64,000 bases of DNA from Basidiobolus meristosporus CBS 931.73 (taxonomy: Eukaryota; Fungi; Basidiobolomycota). The DNA lies in NCBI GenBank assembly GCA_002104905.1, contig MCFE01000383.1, positions 19,891-83,890 on the forward strand, given 5' to 3'. The notes beneath the pieces are model-generated. The model was not told the DNA's origin. It was given only the letters and a program-made list of their open reading frames with translations, and did no database searches. The position numbers and the translations under genes are program-made. Below are positions 27,791 to 42,000 of the stretch, piece by piece; within the stretch, counting starts at the first letter, position 1; each line of letters starts with the position of its first letter.

Positions 27791-29873
27791 TATACTGATT
27801 ACCTTGGGGACCCCGACATTAGCCGATGTGGTTCCGAACTGATACATTCCAGCCTGAAAGCAGGATGCTTGTCAGATCCATATTTGGGATGCTGTCCACA
27901 AGTCCGCCTTAGTGAGCCCACAGAAATTAACCTTGAACAATAAGGTCGGCACTAACCTAAATCACGCCCCTACCAGCATGGCCCCCGCGACCCACTCGTC
28001 CGCCTGCATTGTCAATCAATTGATATAATCATGCTCAGGTTAGGATTAAGATAAGGCGATTAGCGCATGTCTCATATGTTGTTGATAAGTAGGACTGTTT
28101 ACCTAAGAGGAGGATGCCTGCTGAGAAATCCCCCCCCATGAATTTCATCTTCTTGGGCACGGAATGTGCTGACAAAAGGCCGATATAGTTCTGAGTGAAA
28201 TGGCTATACCATTTTGAGTTAAAAGTCGGATGTCTAGATCTCACCCCCCCCCATCGCGATAGTCAATGCCTGATGACTGGAATCTGGTACAGCGAGTTGA
28301 TCTTGACACTTTATCTTACATATTAGTCTAATACACTCAGCTATATTGTGCTCACTATTTGTGTGAGTAGCATATCTGTGCAAGTAACACCTATGGATTT
28401 CACGATTTTATTCCACCGTATTTTTGCCCAAATATTTTGTGTTGCGCATAACTGGTCAAAAAGTTGGTGACTGGGCTTCATACTTGGTACTGGCAAAGGG
28501 CAGACAAGGGACCTCATATTTCACAAATTGGAATGGGAAGATGTAATCTCTGATTCTGATTTCCTGATGAGATTATGGTGGATTCCATCAGAAATTTCTT
28601 CAAGATGTGCCCACTAGAAGTTTCCAACTTGGCTTATCTAACTGGCAGCTCACTTTACCTACTGTCAGATCTTTGGTTCTGCTCATCACCTGTGAGAAGG
28701 CCAGCAGTTGGATTTTGGATCTTGCATGTTTTCTAAACAAAGCCAATCCACATAAATAACTGAGATTTGTTGGATTTTGTTGTAAGTCCTGAAGACATTA
28801 GAAGTAACTCTGGCAACAAGTAGGTTATTTGAATGTAAAAGTGCCATGTAAACTTTTGTAAGGACTTGGATAGGCAAAAACGTAGAATAAGCTTAGGAAG
28901 GTCCCAAGAGCATGTATGTAAAGTTTGGGGTCGTTTGAGAAACTAATCAAACTCTATGTTTTGGTTAGATAATATTTTTGCAAAAACATTCCAATTTTCA
29001 ACAAAAAATTGGCCAGGAAATAGTAATGCCCATAAGCTATGATCTAAGTGACGAAATCAATGGGAGTATTTAGATGTAATATGATGTAACACGGAGCAGA
29101 GAAGGTTGAGATGGCTTTGGTAGGTGGCTTAGCTGTGTTGGTTTGCCATGGCATCTTATTCAACATGGTATACAGATTAACACTTATCTCAAAACTAGTG
29201 GGTTTGAGCACGTTGCATGGTTCATAAGACATTGGCGTTCAGCCCCATCTAGCTATGGTCATGAAAGATGTGATTATGGACATACCCATGGCAACTATCA
29301 CTCGCATAAACTGTACATTCTAGACGAAGACCTGTAAATGCTCATTAGTGGTTATAGGTTTTGGGTAGATATTGTACAAGATACGGTATGTCCTAGGCGA
29401 TCGATCCAACCTGACCCATATCACGTGATCGATGAATCGGCTACTCGAATGAAAAATTGGGTGCCTGGATTTCGTCCTCCAATCAACAGTTGACAAATTG
29501 AGCATAATGCATTAGATCTGTCTAGCCATTTCATCATTTCGCTTATGCACAACGCCCCATGACCCTATTCGATAAATCCCACCATTTGTATGGGTTATGA
29601 ACCGATGCCACGTGACCTGAGGCCGCATTTTGCCTTCGAAGGATTGAGCAGCTATCTGAATAGGAAAGTCACATCCTCGCCCAGATTAGTATATCTATGG
29701 ATATCTTACCATACATTGTTGTCCACAATTAATATGAGAAACCAATTCATATATGGACATCAATTCGGAAGTATGGATATCCCTTTGTCACTAAACAAAA
29801 ATCGGGTTAGAAGAGCCAGCGTTAACCCTTTTAGCAGTTGAGCAAATAGACCAGTGTAAATAACGTAGTATAT

Positions 29874-32818
29874 ATGCCCGCAAGTAACGCCAAACCGCCA
29901 CAACATAGCGGACCACCGGAAGACGGGCCCCCATACGAGTATAGGTTAGAAGAACAAATAGGTATGAAGCTTGCATCCAACGCTTCAGAGAGCCATAAAT
30001 TCCCAAACTCCAACACCCCGTCCACTTCGCCAAAACATTCCACTGTCCCCGATAGTAGTTCTTGGAGTGTTCCGGATGGAAAACTGCAAGTAAGACCTCG
30101 GAAGCACCTCCTTCAGTGGTCCCACCGATTCACTCGACGTTTTCCTCGTAGGTCCGGGTGATCAAAGTGTCGGTCAACAAACCAGCTCGACGGATGTATG
30201 TTCGGCTTACCTTAGGAGGTGAAGTACGTTTACTTTAGCTACGGTGCCAGCAGAACCTTTCGCTCTGACCCCTCTAACCCCACCAACAGACCAGATCTTC
30301 CGAACCTCCATATCGGAAGACGCCGAAGGCTATTGGAACGAAAGCTTTGACTTCGACGTCACCTACCATTCCCAGCTATTTGGCATCTGTCAGGTAAATT
30401 CCTCACGGTAGTGTCGCTTCGAGCTCCGAATCCCCTGCTGATGGGTCGTTTCTGCAGTTGGATCTGTTTGAAGCGAACGTTCTCTTCTCCGACACGCACA
30501 TAGGAAGAGCCGAGATCCCTCTCTCTCAACTGGAAGGGATGCCAGAGCATTTTCATAGGTATTTTCCCTTGGGGTTTCTTGGTTTCCTCGGCTTGATGAA
30601 CTGATTGCCGTTTTTTCAGTTGTTATGAGCTGTGGGATAAACGTGTGTCGCCCAGTAATATCACCTCCCTGGACGCCTGGGATATGGGGTTGGTCAACCA
30701 TGGGGCGATTCAGGTTAGAATCAATTACCGGTACCAAGGGCTGGTCAGTAAAGTGCGTCAGACGAACATGAAAGCGGAAAGCCAAGAGCTGGACCGAAAG
30801 GTAGGGAGCATCTTCCGGAGTCGGTTGGAATCGGCGCTGGAAGAAAAAGGGCCGACCACCGGGTTTCGTAAGATCGAGGAGCAGGAAAGCAGGGATGCTC
30901 TGGCGGAGAAGGAGGAGTATCTGTTCAGTCTGGGGGAATCGGAAGAGATCAAGTCCACCGAATCCTCATCAGCCATCACTGGATTCAGTAGATACCTGTT
31001 CTCCGATCAAACGTTGCAGGTGCTGCAGGGGATCAGCAAACTGTCGGCAGCATTCGTAAGAAGTTTAGTCACTTCAGAAATGGAACTAGTGCTGAGTGAT
31101 GCATCTGTCAACTTCTTAGGGACAAGGCCTGGTCGCGTCAAACGTCGAGATCCTGGCAGGGCTGGTGATACTAGAGAAATTCTATCTAACGGTGGCTGAG
31201 TATGTTGTATATTCACTTGGTCACGGAAGCAGGAGAACTCACGTTTATTAGCGTCAAGACCAGGAAGTACATACAGGATTTGAATGACATTGAATACCCC
31301 GCTCATTTTTATAAATATGCCATGGCCGCTTATGTATGGAACGGACTAGTATTCCTTGTAATGGAGAAAAGGGTACTAATTCTCGATGTGCTATAGGGTT
31401 GGCGGGGACTGCATTTCTTTGGAAAACAGAAGAGCCTTATGGCAGGTAATGGTCTATATCAAGCAGACATCCTCCCCCAAGTCTAATCCGGATCGCTTCT
31501 ACCCCTGCTAGGTGCTATTGGTAAGGAATCAGACGCTACGAGTATTCGAGAGTTCCTGGTTCTACCTCGGGAAGATCTTCTCGGGTTCGAGTTTCGCAAC
31601 GGACAGGTTTTTCAGCCAAGTTATTTCATCGCATTGGACAGAAGTACCAACTCGATTGTACTGAGTATCCGAGGAACAATGGTAAGGAACCATTTTGCCG
31701 GCTAGAACCATCACTACAAAATCACCAACCTAGACCCCTAGAGCGCCCAAGACACCCTCACCGACCTGGTATGTGAGTACCAGCCTTGGAATGGGGGAGT
31801 GATCCATGCAGGAATGAAATCTTCCGCACAGTTCTTCATGACCGAGATCATCCCGCAGCTACTGGCGCATATAGCAGAGCATAAGGTGGATACCTTGAAT
31901 ATTGTCGGGCATTCGCTAGGAGGAAGCACGGCCAGTATTCTGACCATGATGATCATAGAGCATCAGGACGAAATCAGGCAGGCCAGCGGATGCGACTTCA
32001 AGATTCAATGTTACGCTTACGGGCCCGGCCCGTCAGTCTCGCTGGATCTGGCAAAGAAGTACGAAGGAGTCATCCATTCGTATGTAAACGAGAGTGACAT
32101 TGTGTGTCGACTCAGCTATGGAAGTATGATGGACTTCAAAAGCATGATTCTATGCGCGGTGGAGTGCTCTAGTAATCACCTGCAAGAACTGCTAGGTTTT
32201 GGGGTACTTTCAATTCTAACCTCATTTAGGAAAATCAAGCACTAACCACGGCCACGCGCATGCTTCAACAGGGGGTTTCCGGACTTTCTGGGAATAGTAA
32301 TTCTTCGGAGAAATGGAAGAAACGATTCAACTTCCTTATGGAACATCGGCAAAAAATCATCGGAAAGAAGCTGGCCAAGCCTAAGGTCGGTTGCATAGTG
32401 TTTGTTTACTCGCATGGCATCAGGGCAATGTTTCCTAATATACCGTTACCCACCCCCATCTTCCTAGCTGTATATCGCGGGAACGGTGTTTCACTTGTAC
32501 TCGGAGCCTACCTTGGCCGAACCTAATCGGACACTGATGGAACAAGCTGATGCGGAAGACTTTTCGGAGATGTTGATACGTAGCAGTATCATCATGGATC
32601 ATCTACCCAGCAAGTACGAGAGCGCCTTTCACAAGGCCCGTGAAACGCTGATGAGAGGAAAGGTAGAGATTCCAACTTCGCCGAACGAGGAGCCAAGCTC
32701 GTGCATACGCACAGAGCTCGCTGAACAGTTTGCCCGAGAGATCGAGAACCCTAGCCTGACCCAGTTACCTCTGGACATAGGCGTTCTCGGGCTAAGCCAG
32801 CAAGTAGATTCAACGTAA
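29874..32818 (+). CDS. Multi-exon C2-domain plus class 3 lipase (DAG-lipase-like) protein
   Basis: Spliced C2 domain (KLQ/VRVIKV..YWNESFDFDV..LDLFEAN..DTHIGRAEIPL) and lipase motifs IHAGM, IVGHSLGG, CYAYGP, VNESDIVCRL. Short GT-AG introns; exon boundaries approximate. Confidence 0.85.
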
Positions 32819-33860
32819 CAGCCGCGGTGAGACCACCAAAGTCAACCTTATTTGGGACATCATTGAATGAAGTGATTGGGAACACCTCGAGGGTCTTCGC
32901 TCCAATAGACTCCAGAATGTCAGGATGTTACCGTCGGCCGGCTACTGTAACACCCTTGTAAGCATCATCAAACGACACAACGATGTACAATACGCGACAT
33001 TACCGAATAAAATCCTTTTAGGACCATGTAGCACCAATTAGATATGTTTATCTATAGCATCGAGTGATTGAATGAAATCTCTAGCCGAATGTTGCGTTTT
33101 ATTGGTAGAGCTTGGCCGTTCGGCGCAGTCGCATCAACCGAAACACTTCAGTTCCTGGAATCCCAGAATTGGATGGCCAGAAAATGGTCACCCTCGGCAA
33201 CATCAAAGGTTGGGGAATCTTCCGCGAGAAAAGGGGGGTTTGTGCAAAGCTAACAAGCCCCAGCCAATGGTCATGAAAGCAACACGATCCGATATGGCAA
33301 TCATTTCCTCGTTCAGAACTCGAATGGCAAGTACCATCGTCTTTATGAGTGACAATCCTCCACAATAATGATAGCTCAGCGTTGACATCATGTATCACCA
33401 TATCTAGATGGCCTAGTCAACCATCAGATCGTGTCACACACAGTAGCTTATTCCACCCCCTACAATCGATCCAATAAGTACAGGACGCAGCACCTCCAGC
33501 ATCGTACTCATTGCCAATAAATGTTGATTTAGCTAGCTTTATAGAAGCATCCTTAGTGCGAGGATTACCAATAGGTAAATTTGGAGGCCGCTATGGGTAC
33601 CAATAAGCAAGGTGCCTCGAGGTACCGAGAATTAGTTCGACTTGCCAAGCATAGCTAGATTCCATTTAATTCAACCAGGCCTAAAACATCCTTATATGAC
33701 GAAATGGCTCGAATTTGGCCTGTCATCCCACTTGAATATATATATATACAGACCGCTTTCGATTGAAGCCTTCCCTTCCCCAGATATTATCGATCCCTGC
33801 CTATCAACTTTCCTCAACTCATCCAACCTCTTTACTTCTCCACCATCTGCTTTCCCAACC

Positions 33861-34757
33861 ATGCCGCCCCATCGATACAAGCTTACCGACGAGCAGCGTA
33901 GGAAGTTGGTCTACGCGGTGATCAACGAAGGAAAATCCATCAAAGAGACGGCGGACGAGTTTCAAGTGCCCTACGTAACGGTGTACGCGGTCATTCACAC
34001 CTTTCGAAAAACCGGAAGGATCAACGCTCTCAAGAAGGGTGGTGACCGTCGAAGCAAGTTGAATCAATCGCAGCACGATTGGATCACTCAACGAGTCGAC
34101 GACCAACCGGATATTTCGATCAGACAGCTCACTATGGAGCTGTGCGAGGAGTTCGATCTCCAGGTGTCGGCCTCAACCATCTCACGGGTCCTCTCAAAAC
34201 GAGGCTTCGCCGTACGTCGGATCCTCCCGTCAGCGCAGGAGGCCGAAATATCGAAGGAAGACAATGTGGGACAGGCTCTCGTCGAGTTTGCCGGTCAGGT
34301 TGTGTATATTGGTGAGGCAAGGTATCGAATCTTTATCAAGCGCACACACGACGATGAGGAGCCACCCAGGTCAGCAAATCAGACCGCCACTATCTACCTT
34401 GCTTTGAAGAAAAACAAGCCACTGTTCTCAGATATCCAGCTAGACCCATTTCAATTGACTACGTTCTCTTCGTTCATGGATGAAGTGCTAAAACTGATAG
34501 GCAACACGAAGCATTGCATTGTTTATAGCGTATTTGACGTAGACCATGAAGCGAAGCTGAAAGAACTCCTTCAGAACTCCCCTCACAAGCTTCTCGCTCT
34601 CCCCTCGAACGAAACCGTTGCCAATCCTCTAGAGCGCGGATTCAGCCTTATCAAGAACTTCCTCCGAAGGGATCTGCTTTCACCTCAAGATACCCTTCTT
34701 GCTAGATTCCAGGAGGCTTTAGATAGGACGATACGAGAAGTATGGGTTGATACGTGA
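33861..34757 (+). CDS. IS630/Tc1-mariner-derived protein (paired HTH plus DDE fold with degenerate catalytic residues), 298 aa
   Basis: KLTDEQRRKL..KSIKETADEFQVPYVTV (HTH1), KKGGDRRSKL, PDISIRQL..VSASTISRVL (HTH2), then VYIGEA / IVYSVFD / VANPLE. Intact and CpG-rich. Confidence 0.8.
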   Translation: MPPHRYKLTDEQRRKLVYAVINEGKSIKETADEFQVPYVTVYAVIHTFRKTGRINALKKGGDRRSKLNQSQHDWITQRVDDQPDISIRQLTMELCEEFDLQVSASTISRVLSKRGFAVRRILPSAQEAEISKEDNVGQALVEFAGQVVYIGEARYRIFIKRTHDDEEPPRSANQTATIYLALKKNKPLFSDIQLDPFQLTTFSSFMDEVLKLIGNTKHCIVYSVFDVDHEAKLKELLQNSPHKLLALPSNETVANPLERGFSLIKNFLRRDLLSPQDTLLARFQEALDRTIREVWVDT

Positions 34758-36682
34758 CACGGCGTCAATAATACGTACTGAGAATGATCCCATCGACCCC
34801 CAGCCGTAATCATGCACTAAGACAGACGTGAGCGTTGAACCATACGCGCGGAGGACCCTCGACAGGAATAGAAATAGTATACTTCGTACAATTCGAGCAA
34901 CCTATACCTTCTCTCGAATAATCGTAATAGTCATAATAAAGCATACACTTTGCCATCGCGCCTGATCCACATTAATCACATCCTTGTTCATCGTGATGTC
35001 ATCAAATACCCAGGGAAAGGCGTATATTTGGAGGCACTACCATGTTGTGATGGAGCTCAGATCGCCACGCATGCATATCCGAACCTTTTGTATTACGCCA
35101 CAGTGACTGGATGACTCTGACCTGACTTCATTCATATTGAGAGATGGCGTTTTGAAACCTTCTTACAACACGCACATTCCATATCCGAATTTGAAAAAGA
35201 CACGAGGGGATTGTTTGGACTGATGGACTTGTTGAACGGATGGAGATCTCTCCATGCTGTCCAATATCCCCCAAATGTGGTGTCCATGTTACGAGGACCT
35301 TCTATCATCAACTCTCATGGTTAAGTTTGCTAGCTTCAGTTGGAAAGTTTACCATCTAAACTCTACTCAACTACTCAACCTCAGTAATTCACCCTTTCTT
35401 TGGAGCCATCATTCTCACAGTCATTTCACATATCACCTGGGTTTGTCAAAAGGGATCACGAGAAGACTCCATATGAACCCAACAGGGTTGCTATATCCAC
35501 CATAGATTTGTGGGGCATCACATTAGGAGGATCCTTGGGACTGATGGAAGTACTAAATATTCGCAGCCTATCAAAACACTGCATTTTATGTTACAGGCAT
35601 TAGGTACAGCCCTGGCAAAGTACCATGTGTCTGTTTACCTCATCTTCAAATAGCCGTATGAAGCCATACCAATATAGCCATCATTTCTGTCAACCAGAAT
35701 GCTCATCAAGCCAAGTAAGGGAGGATTAAGTGTAGAAATAGGCTACTGCTAGGAGTGGATCACGTGGCCCGGTGGGTATTTTACGACCGGATTGTATGGT
35801 TAGAGTATCCCAAGTGTCTGGGGAGTTTCAAATCAAATTCCGGATCAAAATGCGAGCCAGATTTATGCTATCGACATCCACTGCCAAGTCGGTGTTCATT
35901 TTGGGAGGTGAGCCGATCCTTCGAACCATTTATATCGATGGCCACTTCATTCCTATTAGGGTCATCCCAACCAGATTGAGGAACCGCGGGACTCGGATAA
36001 AAAGTATCCCCTTCAAAGCTTAAAACATCGACCCCTCTGGTTCGGGGGAGGGGAGCTCACCCAGGTCGAAAATATCGACCGCGCTGGTTGGCGAGTTGAT
36101 ATTTGGCATCTGCTTGGAGGAGTAGTCGGCGCTGATCGAACATACTGAGTCAAGGCATCCCGAAACCATCTCGTTGGTGATGTGGTTTCAAGGGATTCAA
36201 CGGAACGGTCTGGAGATGTGACTCGTCGAGGTAACCAAGTGCGGACCCATTCCTCAGTGTTGATATGACATGTTTAAGGCTACGTAGCCGGATAATGTAA
36301 TTTGCCAGTGGGTCGGGTGAAGGTGGGAGGGGAGTGAAACCTCGTTTACCCCAAGTTGGCGAGTATATTTGGAAGCAAGGCTGGATTGATGTATATGAAA
36401 TGGGCAAGGTGGTAGATTTGTTGGAGAGAAAGAGAAAATAAGTTTCGTGAGCCAATACAGTTTATGGTGACACAATGTGACCTCCTATTGATCAAAGTGG
36501 TATGCCTCAGAGCATGTGTATTATGGGGGATGAATACCCAGCAGAAGCCATTCGATTCGCTTGTGGTATGGACATCAATATTGAAGACCGTCGACAACGA
36601 GTGGATATTGATTATATAAGGCGACGACCTTCCCTCACCTTCCTCATCTTCCGTAATATTTCTATTCGATTGAACTTGCCAA

Positions 36683-38472
36683 ATGTCCAACGAAGCCGAT
36701 TCGGTGGTGAGTACAGTTGTACAGTCAAGCGGTGATTATGGCTACAGAACCGGTGCAGAGGAGAGGTCAGCCCCTGCCGAGAGCAAGGAAGTGAGGGCCC
36801 ACTATCAAGTGAGAAAAGGTTCATCCAAAGAACCATCCGAAGAGCAAAAGCTGACCCAGCTGATGTGTGAGATACCAGAGTTTTCCAGACGGAAGAAGGC
36901 GTCGATTGTGGTGGTAGTTGCATTAGCCGGGATGGTAGGCCCCATTTCGACCAATATGTTCGTGCGTATGAATGGTTTCTTTAATTCACTGGGCGTGTGC
37001 CATCAGCCAACTTACTAGAGCCTCTAGGTTCCCTCGCTTGCGAAAATGCGTGAGGAGTTTGGAATGAGCGAATCAGTAGGGAATTTGACCGTCACCGTAT
37101 TCATGATATTTTTGGCCATTGCGGTAAATGGGTTGGATTTTCGGAGGAATCGAATGGTCTACTAATCCACATCATCATCAGCCATTGCTTTGGGGACCTG
37201 CATCGGACAAAGTTGGAAGAAGGGCTATTTACTTGATCTCCATCTCGATCTTCATTGTCGCTAGCGTAATATGCGGTTTCTCGATCAACAGTGCTATGAT
37301 GATTAGCATGCGTGGAGTACAAGCCATTGGTTCATCGGCGGTCCTAGCGATTGGTAAGTTTTGATCCGTGATTGACGGCCTCCTACTTAGCTGACGTTCT
37401 GTAGGTGCTGGTACTATCAGTGACATATTTGAGCCATCTGAGCGCGGGACGGCCTTTGGCCTGTATTATTTGGGGCCCCTGCTCGGGCCCGTGTTGGGTA
37501 CCTACTGATAGTAGCACCATGCAACATCTCACCACTGACCAACCATCATCACCATCACTAGGGCCGGTCATTGGCGGAATATTAGGGGACAGGGCAGGCT
37601 GGCGAGTGATCTTTTTCATGCTTGCTGGACTGGGGCTTCTTGTGCTAGTGTTGATTATCCTAGCTCTACCAGAAACCATGCCAGAGATCCGTGCCCGGAA
37701 CTACGCCCGCCAGAACAACCTGACACCTCCAACTGTGACGAAGAAAGTGAGCATCATACAGCCTCTACTCATGCTGCAGTACCCGTCTGCGGTCATGGTC
37801 ATTCTGTATGCGTGCTCCATTCTTGCGTCTGTGTATAGCTACACTACGTCGGTGCCGATCACATTTCGTTCACAGTACGGCCTAGATACATCCCAAGTAG
37901 GCCTTCTGTACTTGAGCTCTGGTGTTGGCAACATCATCGGGGCGTTGTTGGGTGGGAGGCTATCTGATTACTCGCTGAGAAAACTCCGGGTGAAGTATCA
38001 AGGCACAAGGATCCCCCCGGAAGCACGATTCAATTTGGTTTGGTTCGGCTCGATCTTCTTCCCGGTGAGTTTGTTGTGCTACGGGTGGCTGGTACGATTC
38101 AATGTTAATATTGTGGGGCCTCTGGTGACGATGTTTCTGAGTGAGTGATAAATTTCCGCCCAAGAAACTGATAGGATTCTTCTCTAAGCTTGTGTTTTGC
38201 TTTCAGTTGGCTTCAACTCCACCTATGTCTTTTCCAACACATCAACATACATTGTGGATATCTTTCCCGGATATGGGGCCAGTGCCACTGCCACGAGTAA
38301 TTGCTTGCGGTATTTGAGTGGAGCAATCGCGTCAGGAATTGTCAGCCCCTTACTTGATCTAATGGGCCCAGGTTGGCTATTTACTGGGCTGGCTCTTCTT
38401 ACTATTCTCATGGATGGTGTGCTGTATATTGTGTACAAACATGGTGAGCGATGGAGACCGAACCTAAGCTAA
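36683..38472 (+). CDS. MFS transporter, DHA1 (drug:H+ antiporter) type, about 6 exons
   Basis: LWGPASDKVGRRAIY (motif A), QAIGSSAVLAIGAGTISDIF, GPVIGGILGDRAGWRVIF and LPET. Introns near 36962, 37125, 37354, 37498 and 38142. Confidence 0.9.
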
Positions 38473-39217
38473 GCCTCGTTGGATAGAATGGCTCCTCCCT
38501 TACCATTGCTTCATATTTGACCATACTACTACTCGATACCTATCATTACTGATCTCCTGCGCTCCCGTCTTTACCGGTCAGCGGTATTACCCGATTTCTT
38601 GTACTCTCACCATTGAATGACTGATTCAGAGTCAAGCTTCAACATTTGACGAATAAATATGATGCCATTTTAATCTGGCTGCCGGCATTTGCTCGGATGC
38701 GATCATCAATTCACGATACAACTATTCTTCCGAGAATACAAATATTTAGATTAAACCATAATCTATTTTTATCGATAGTTGGTGTCAGCGGAGAATATGT
38801 TCTAAATCAAACAAATTAAGCTAGCTTTCATCCTCCAATTACTGAGCATCGTCATGGGTACCAATGCCCCATCAGACGTCTGCAAACAGCCTTTCCCAAC
38901 TGGTTTGATCAATCACTCCAAACTAGCTACTATCCATGTTTACTAGCATCATTATTGATGGAATGATGCACTTTGCTTTACCTAAAATTTACTGAAGATA
39001 AACTATAATCACTATGTTGTGTAAAGGCTAAGCTTGTATATTCTCCATGTCTAATTGTGTAATACATGACATACATACTAGACAGAGTAGATGAAGTAAC
39101 AAATACATATTTGACTTTTTGGACATTTGCTATTCTTACTACACTACCATAATATATACTGTGTTGTGCTCCATCCTACTCATAGCCTATAGCTTATGTC
39201 TTACACTAGATGGGATC

Positions 39218-40491
39218 TGTTGTAAAGATTTGTAATTCCACCTAAATATTCACATAACTTAGTCACGTAGATCATTACCTACAAATCTTAGAGAATTCTG
39301 CGCAAGTTCCTTGTTGGGATTTACTTGGAATATTTTCACCAAAACATCAGGTACCCAGAGCATGAAAATCAGATAAGTTGTCCAAACAGCCAAACTTTGT
39401 ACACATATTCTTGCAACCTTCCTAAACATAATTTACTTGTTCTCCCAGTCACTTCCAATATTTCCAAAACTCTTATAATATGAAACTAGGAGTGATACAT
39501 AGGAACAATAAGATATAAGCATCCTTATAGGGCTAATCCATTTAAAAGCTGACCATCTTTATACCTTGAAAATGTAATTTTAGCTTTGGTTATCTTGGAT
39601 AAGAATGAATCCTGAGCAACTTTGAGCACTAGCTTCAAGGGTTAGTAATGTGCTCACAAACTGATTTTAAACAATGATTTGCAAGTTCTGAAATATACAT
39701 GTATGAGATTCCAGTTATTTCATAAAGCTGGTCAGGGGGCTATATGAGAAATCTCAAAGTTGGAATTCATTGGATTCTTAGCTGGTATTCAGCAGGTATT
39801 CTGATGGTATTTTGCAGATATTCAGTTGGTGTTTCTGCTTCAAACTTTCAGTTGCAATTCTTGGTGAAAGTAATAAGCAGTGGATTACCAGATTTGGTAT
39901 GAATACTAGTTGGCCTAGCCTCCCTCTAGAAAGGATGTCTGCTTGCCTACTGTGACACTGGTATGTGAGTTACTGAGAGTTGTTACTTTTGGGAAAGTTG
40001 GAATTCAGCTGATATTATCATAGTATTCTGCTGTCCTTTTCTTAATTTTTTCTTAAGGGGAAGTAATTGAGCTCACAGACTAGGCAATGAAATAATTAGA
40101 CAGATATCAAAGCCTTTCACAGATTGCTTGTGAATATTTTATTGAGTGGGAGTGTTGTAATTGTCAAGTTGTCACCTAAATATTCATGCTAACTTAGTCA
40201 CATAGATCTTATTCTGTGAATAGCATTCTGTTCTGACCAAATCACTTGTTGGGATTTACTTAGAATATTTTCACCATATTATCAGGTACCCAGATTATAA
40301 TCTTTTTCAAAGTTGTCCTAACTTTGCACACATATTCTTAGGACCTTTCTTAACAAACTTCACACATTTGCTTGCTCTACTTTATCAAAAGTATGAATAC
40401 CATACTTTTGATTAATAATTATACAAGTGAATAACATGTAAATCCTCTAGTTCTCCACATCACTTCCAATACTCCTCAGAATATTGCAACA
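39218..40491 (+). mobile_element. Two degenerate copia-family LTRs (39218-39480 and 40153-40491) around a 670-bp spacer, TRIM-like
   Basis: Both resemble LTR 12645-12991 (CACCTAAATA..TAGTCAC.TAGATC..ATTTTCACCA..CATCAGGTA). PPT TGAGTGGGAG precedes 40153. Confidence 0.6.
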
Positions 40492-41139
40492 GTTTGTGCT
40501 TTTCTGATAGAGAACAGCTAAGCCTCATAATTTGCCTGGGAGTAGTGAACGTAAAGTATACATAGTAGGATGCTAAGGCATGATTCCTGGTTCTCATTTC
40601 TGGGAAGTTGTAAATTAGACTCCAAGTAGATTTCTGAAGAATTTTCATTTGGTATCTGATGCTGTCTGTCAAAAGTTTCTGCTAGGATTAAAGTGAATTG
40701 CAAATTGTACACTATAGCGTAGTGGTGCCCACCTACGACCATATTCAGAGTTTTTCAGCATAGCAAATAGTAGCAAATCAAATTAGCGTTCTCTTGCTTA
40801 ATATCGACTTACATCAAACAATATTTTTAGCAGTACCACAGTCGCAAACCACATGTGCATAATCTGTCTCATCAAAAACCCCCAACACGATATACATGAT
40901 CAACGTTTTCCGATATCCTCAGGAATTGGATGTTTCGGCAGCCAGAGATTCAATCACTTGGCGTGGATTTCTTTCAACTAAAATGGCAGATTGTTTCAAA
41001 ATACTCAGAGCACTAGATACTCCGAAGCGAAGACCAAATACTGCGCTATCAGAGTGTCAAGTTCCAGTGCGCATAGTCTGGCGACCACATTTGCGATACC
41101 CAAAGAAGAACGGGCTTCCAGAACAAGTTGAATACTAAT

Positions 41140-42000
41140 AGAACCGGGCAAATGCTATCTACGTGCGGACAATCCAAACGCTTTAGCAATGTTTTGATAT
41201 CTTCAGGAGCCCAAAAGAAGCAACATTTACGAAGCACATGCCTCACCAATCCCAATCCGAAATTGAGTGTTTACAACCAATGATCCATCATGAGATACAG
41301 ATCCCAGCAAACGATGCCCAGGCCAATTGGAGCAGCCGAGGAGATCCCCAATGTTGAGCACACCGAGACTTGATTCATAACTAGATTTCCTCCCCTTCAA
41401 CGTCCCACCACATCCACAGGATTCGGTGGCACGACCCGATTTGAACAAAGCCAGATCCACTGGCGTTAGATTTGTCATTGATACAAGAACGTTGAAGAAA
41501 TCCATGCGGCCAGTCGAAAGAGTTCCTCTAATTGGGTCAAACCACCCAGTTACGAGCAGCGTTTACAGGGGAGGGGTCTCCATTGAGTACACAGCATGCT
41601 GGCCAGTTTGAGCCACCAGCGTTTCCTTGTGTTGAGCCATTAATGGCGGTTGTCAAACTCGATATGAAACCTGTTACCACCAAGGAGTTACACGAGACAT
41701 ATAATTTCTGATGCGACAACCCTCGGTCCAACCTATGGATCACCATGATTGCCGGGGTGATTGGGGGGGGCTGATTGTTCACCAACTTACCCACACAGAT
41801 TCCGCCGGGGATTGGTACCTGTCTTGCGGACAATCCGTACGAATTGGGCTAAATCCGTGTTCTACCGAAGACGAGGTTTGTTTGCAGCAGAGGGGGAACA
41901 CCACGCAATATAGAAGGAAAGGAAGATTCCCTTGTACCCCTGGTTGCAAATCACTCATAGTCCACTGCAGCATACGGGCCGTCCGGCCAACCCTCTCTAT
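41140..42000 (-). pseudogene. Disrupted coding sequence of an unidentified protein
   Basis: Open stretch LLVTGWFDP..DFFNVL..SCGCGGTLKG..GDLLGCSNWPG..HDG flanked by stops, with normal CpG content. Confidence 0.3.

Noticed and set aside
35000-36100. Possible decayed gene between the IS630-derived gene and the MFS gene
   Set aside because: Only short ORFs in mixed frames; no motif I can defend.
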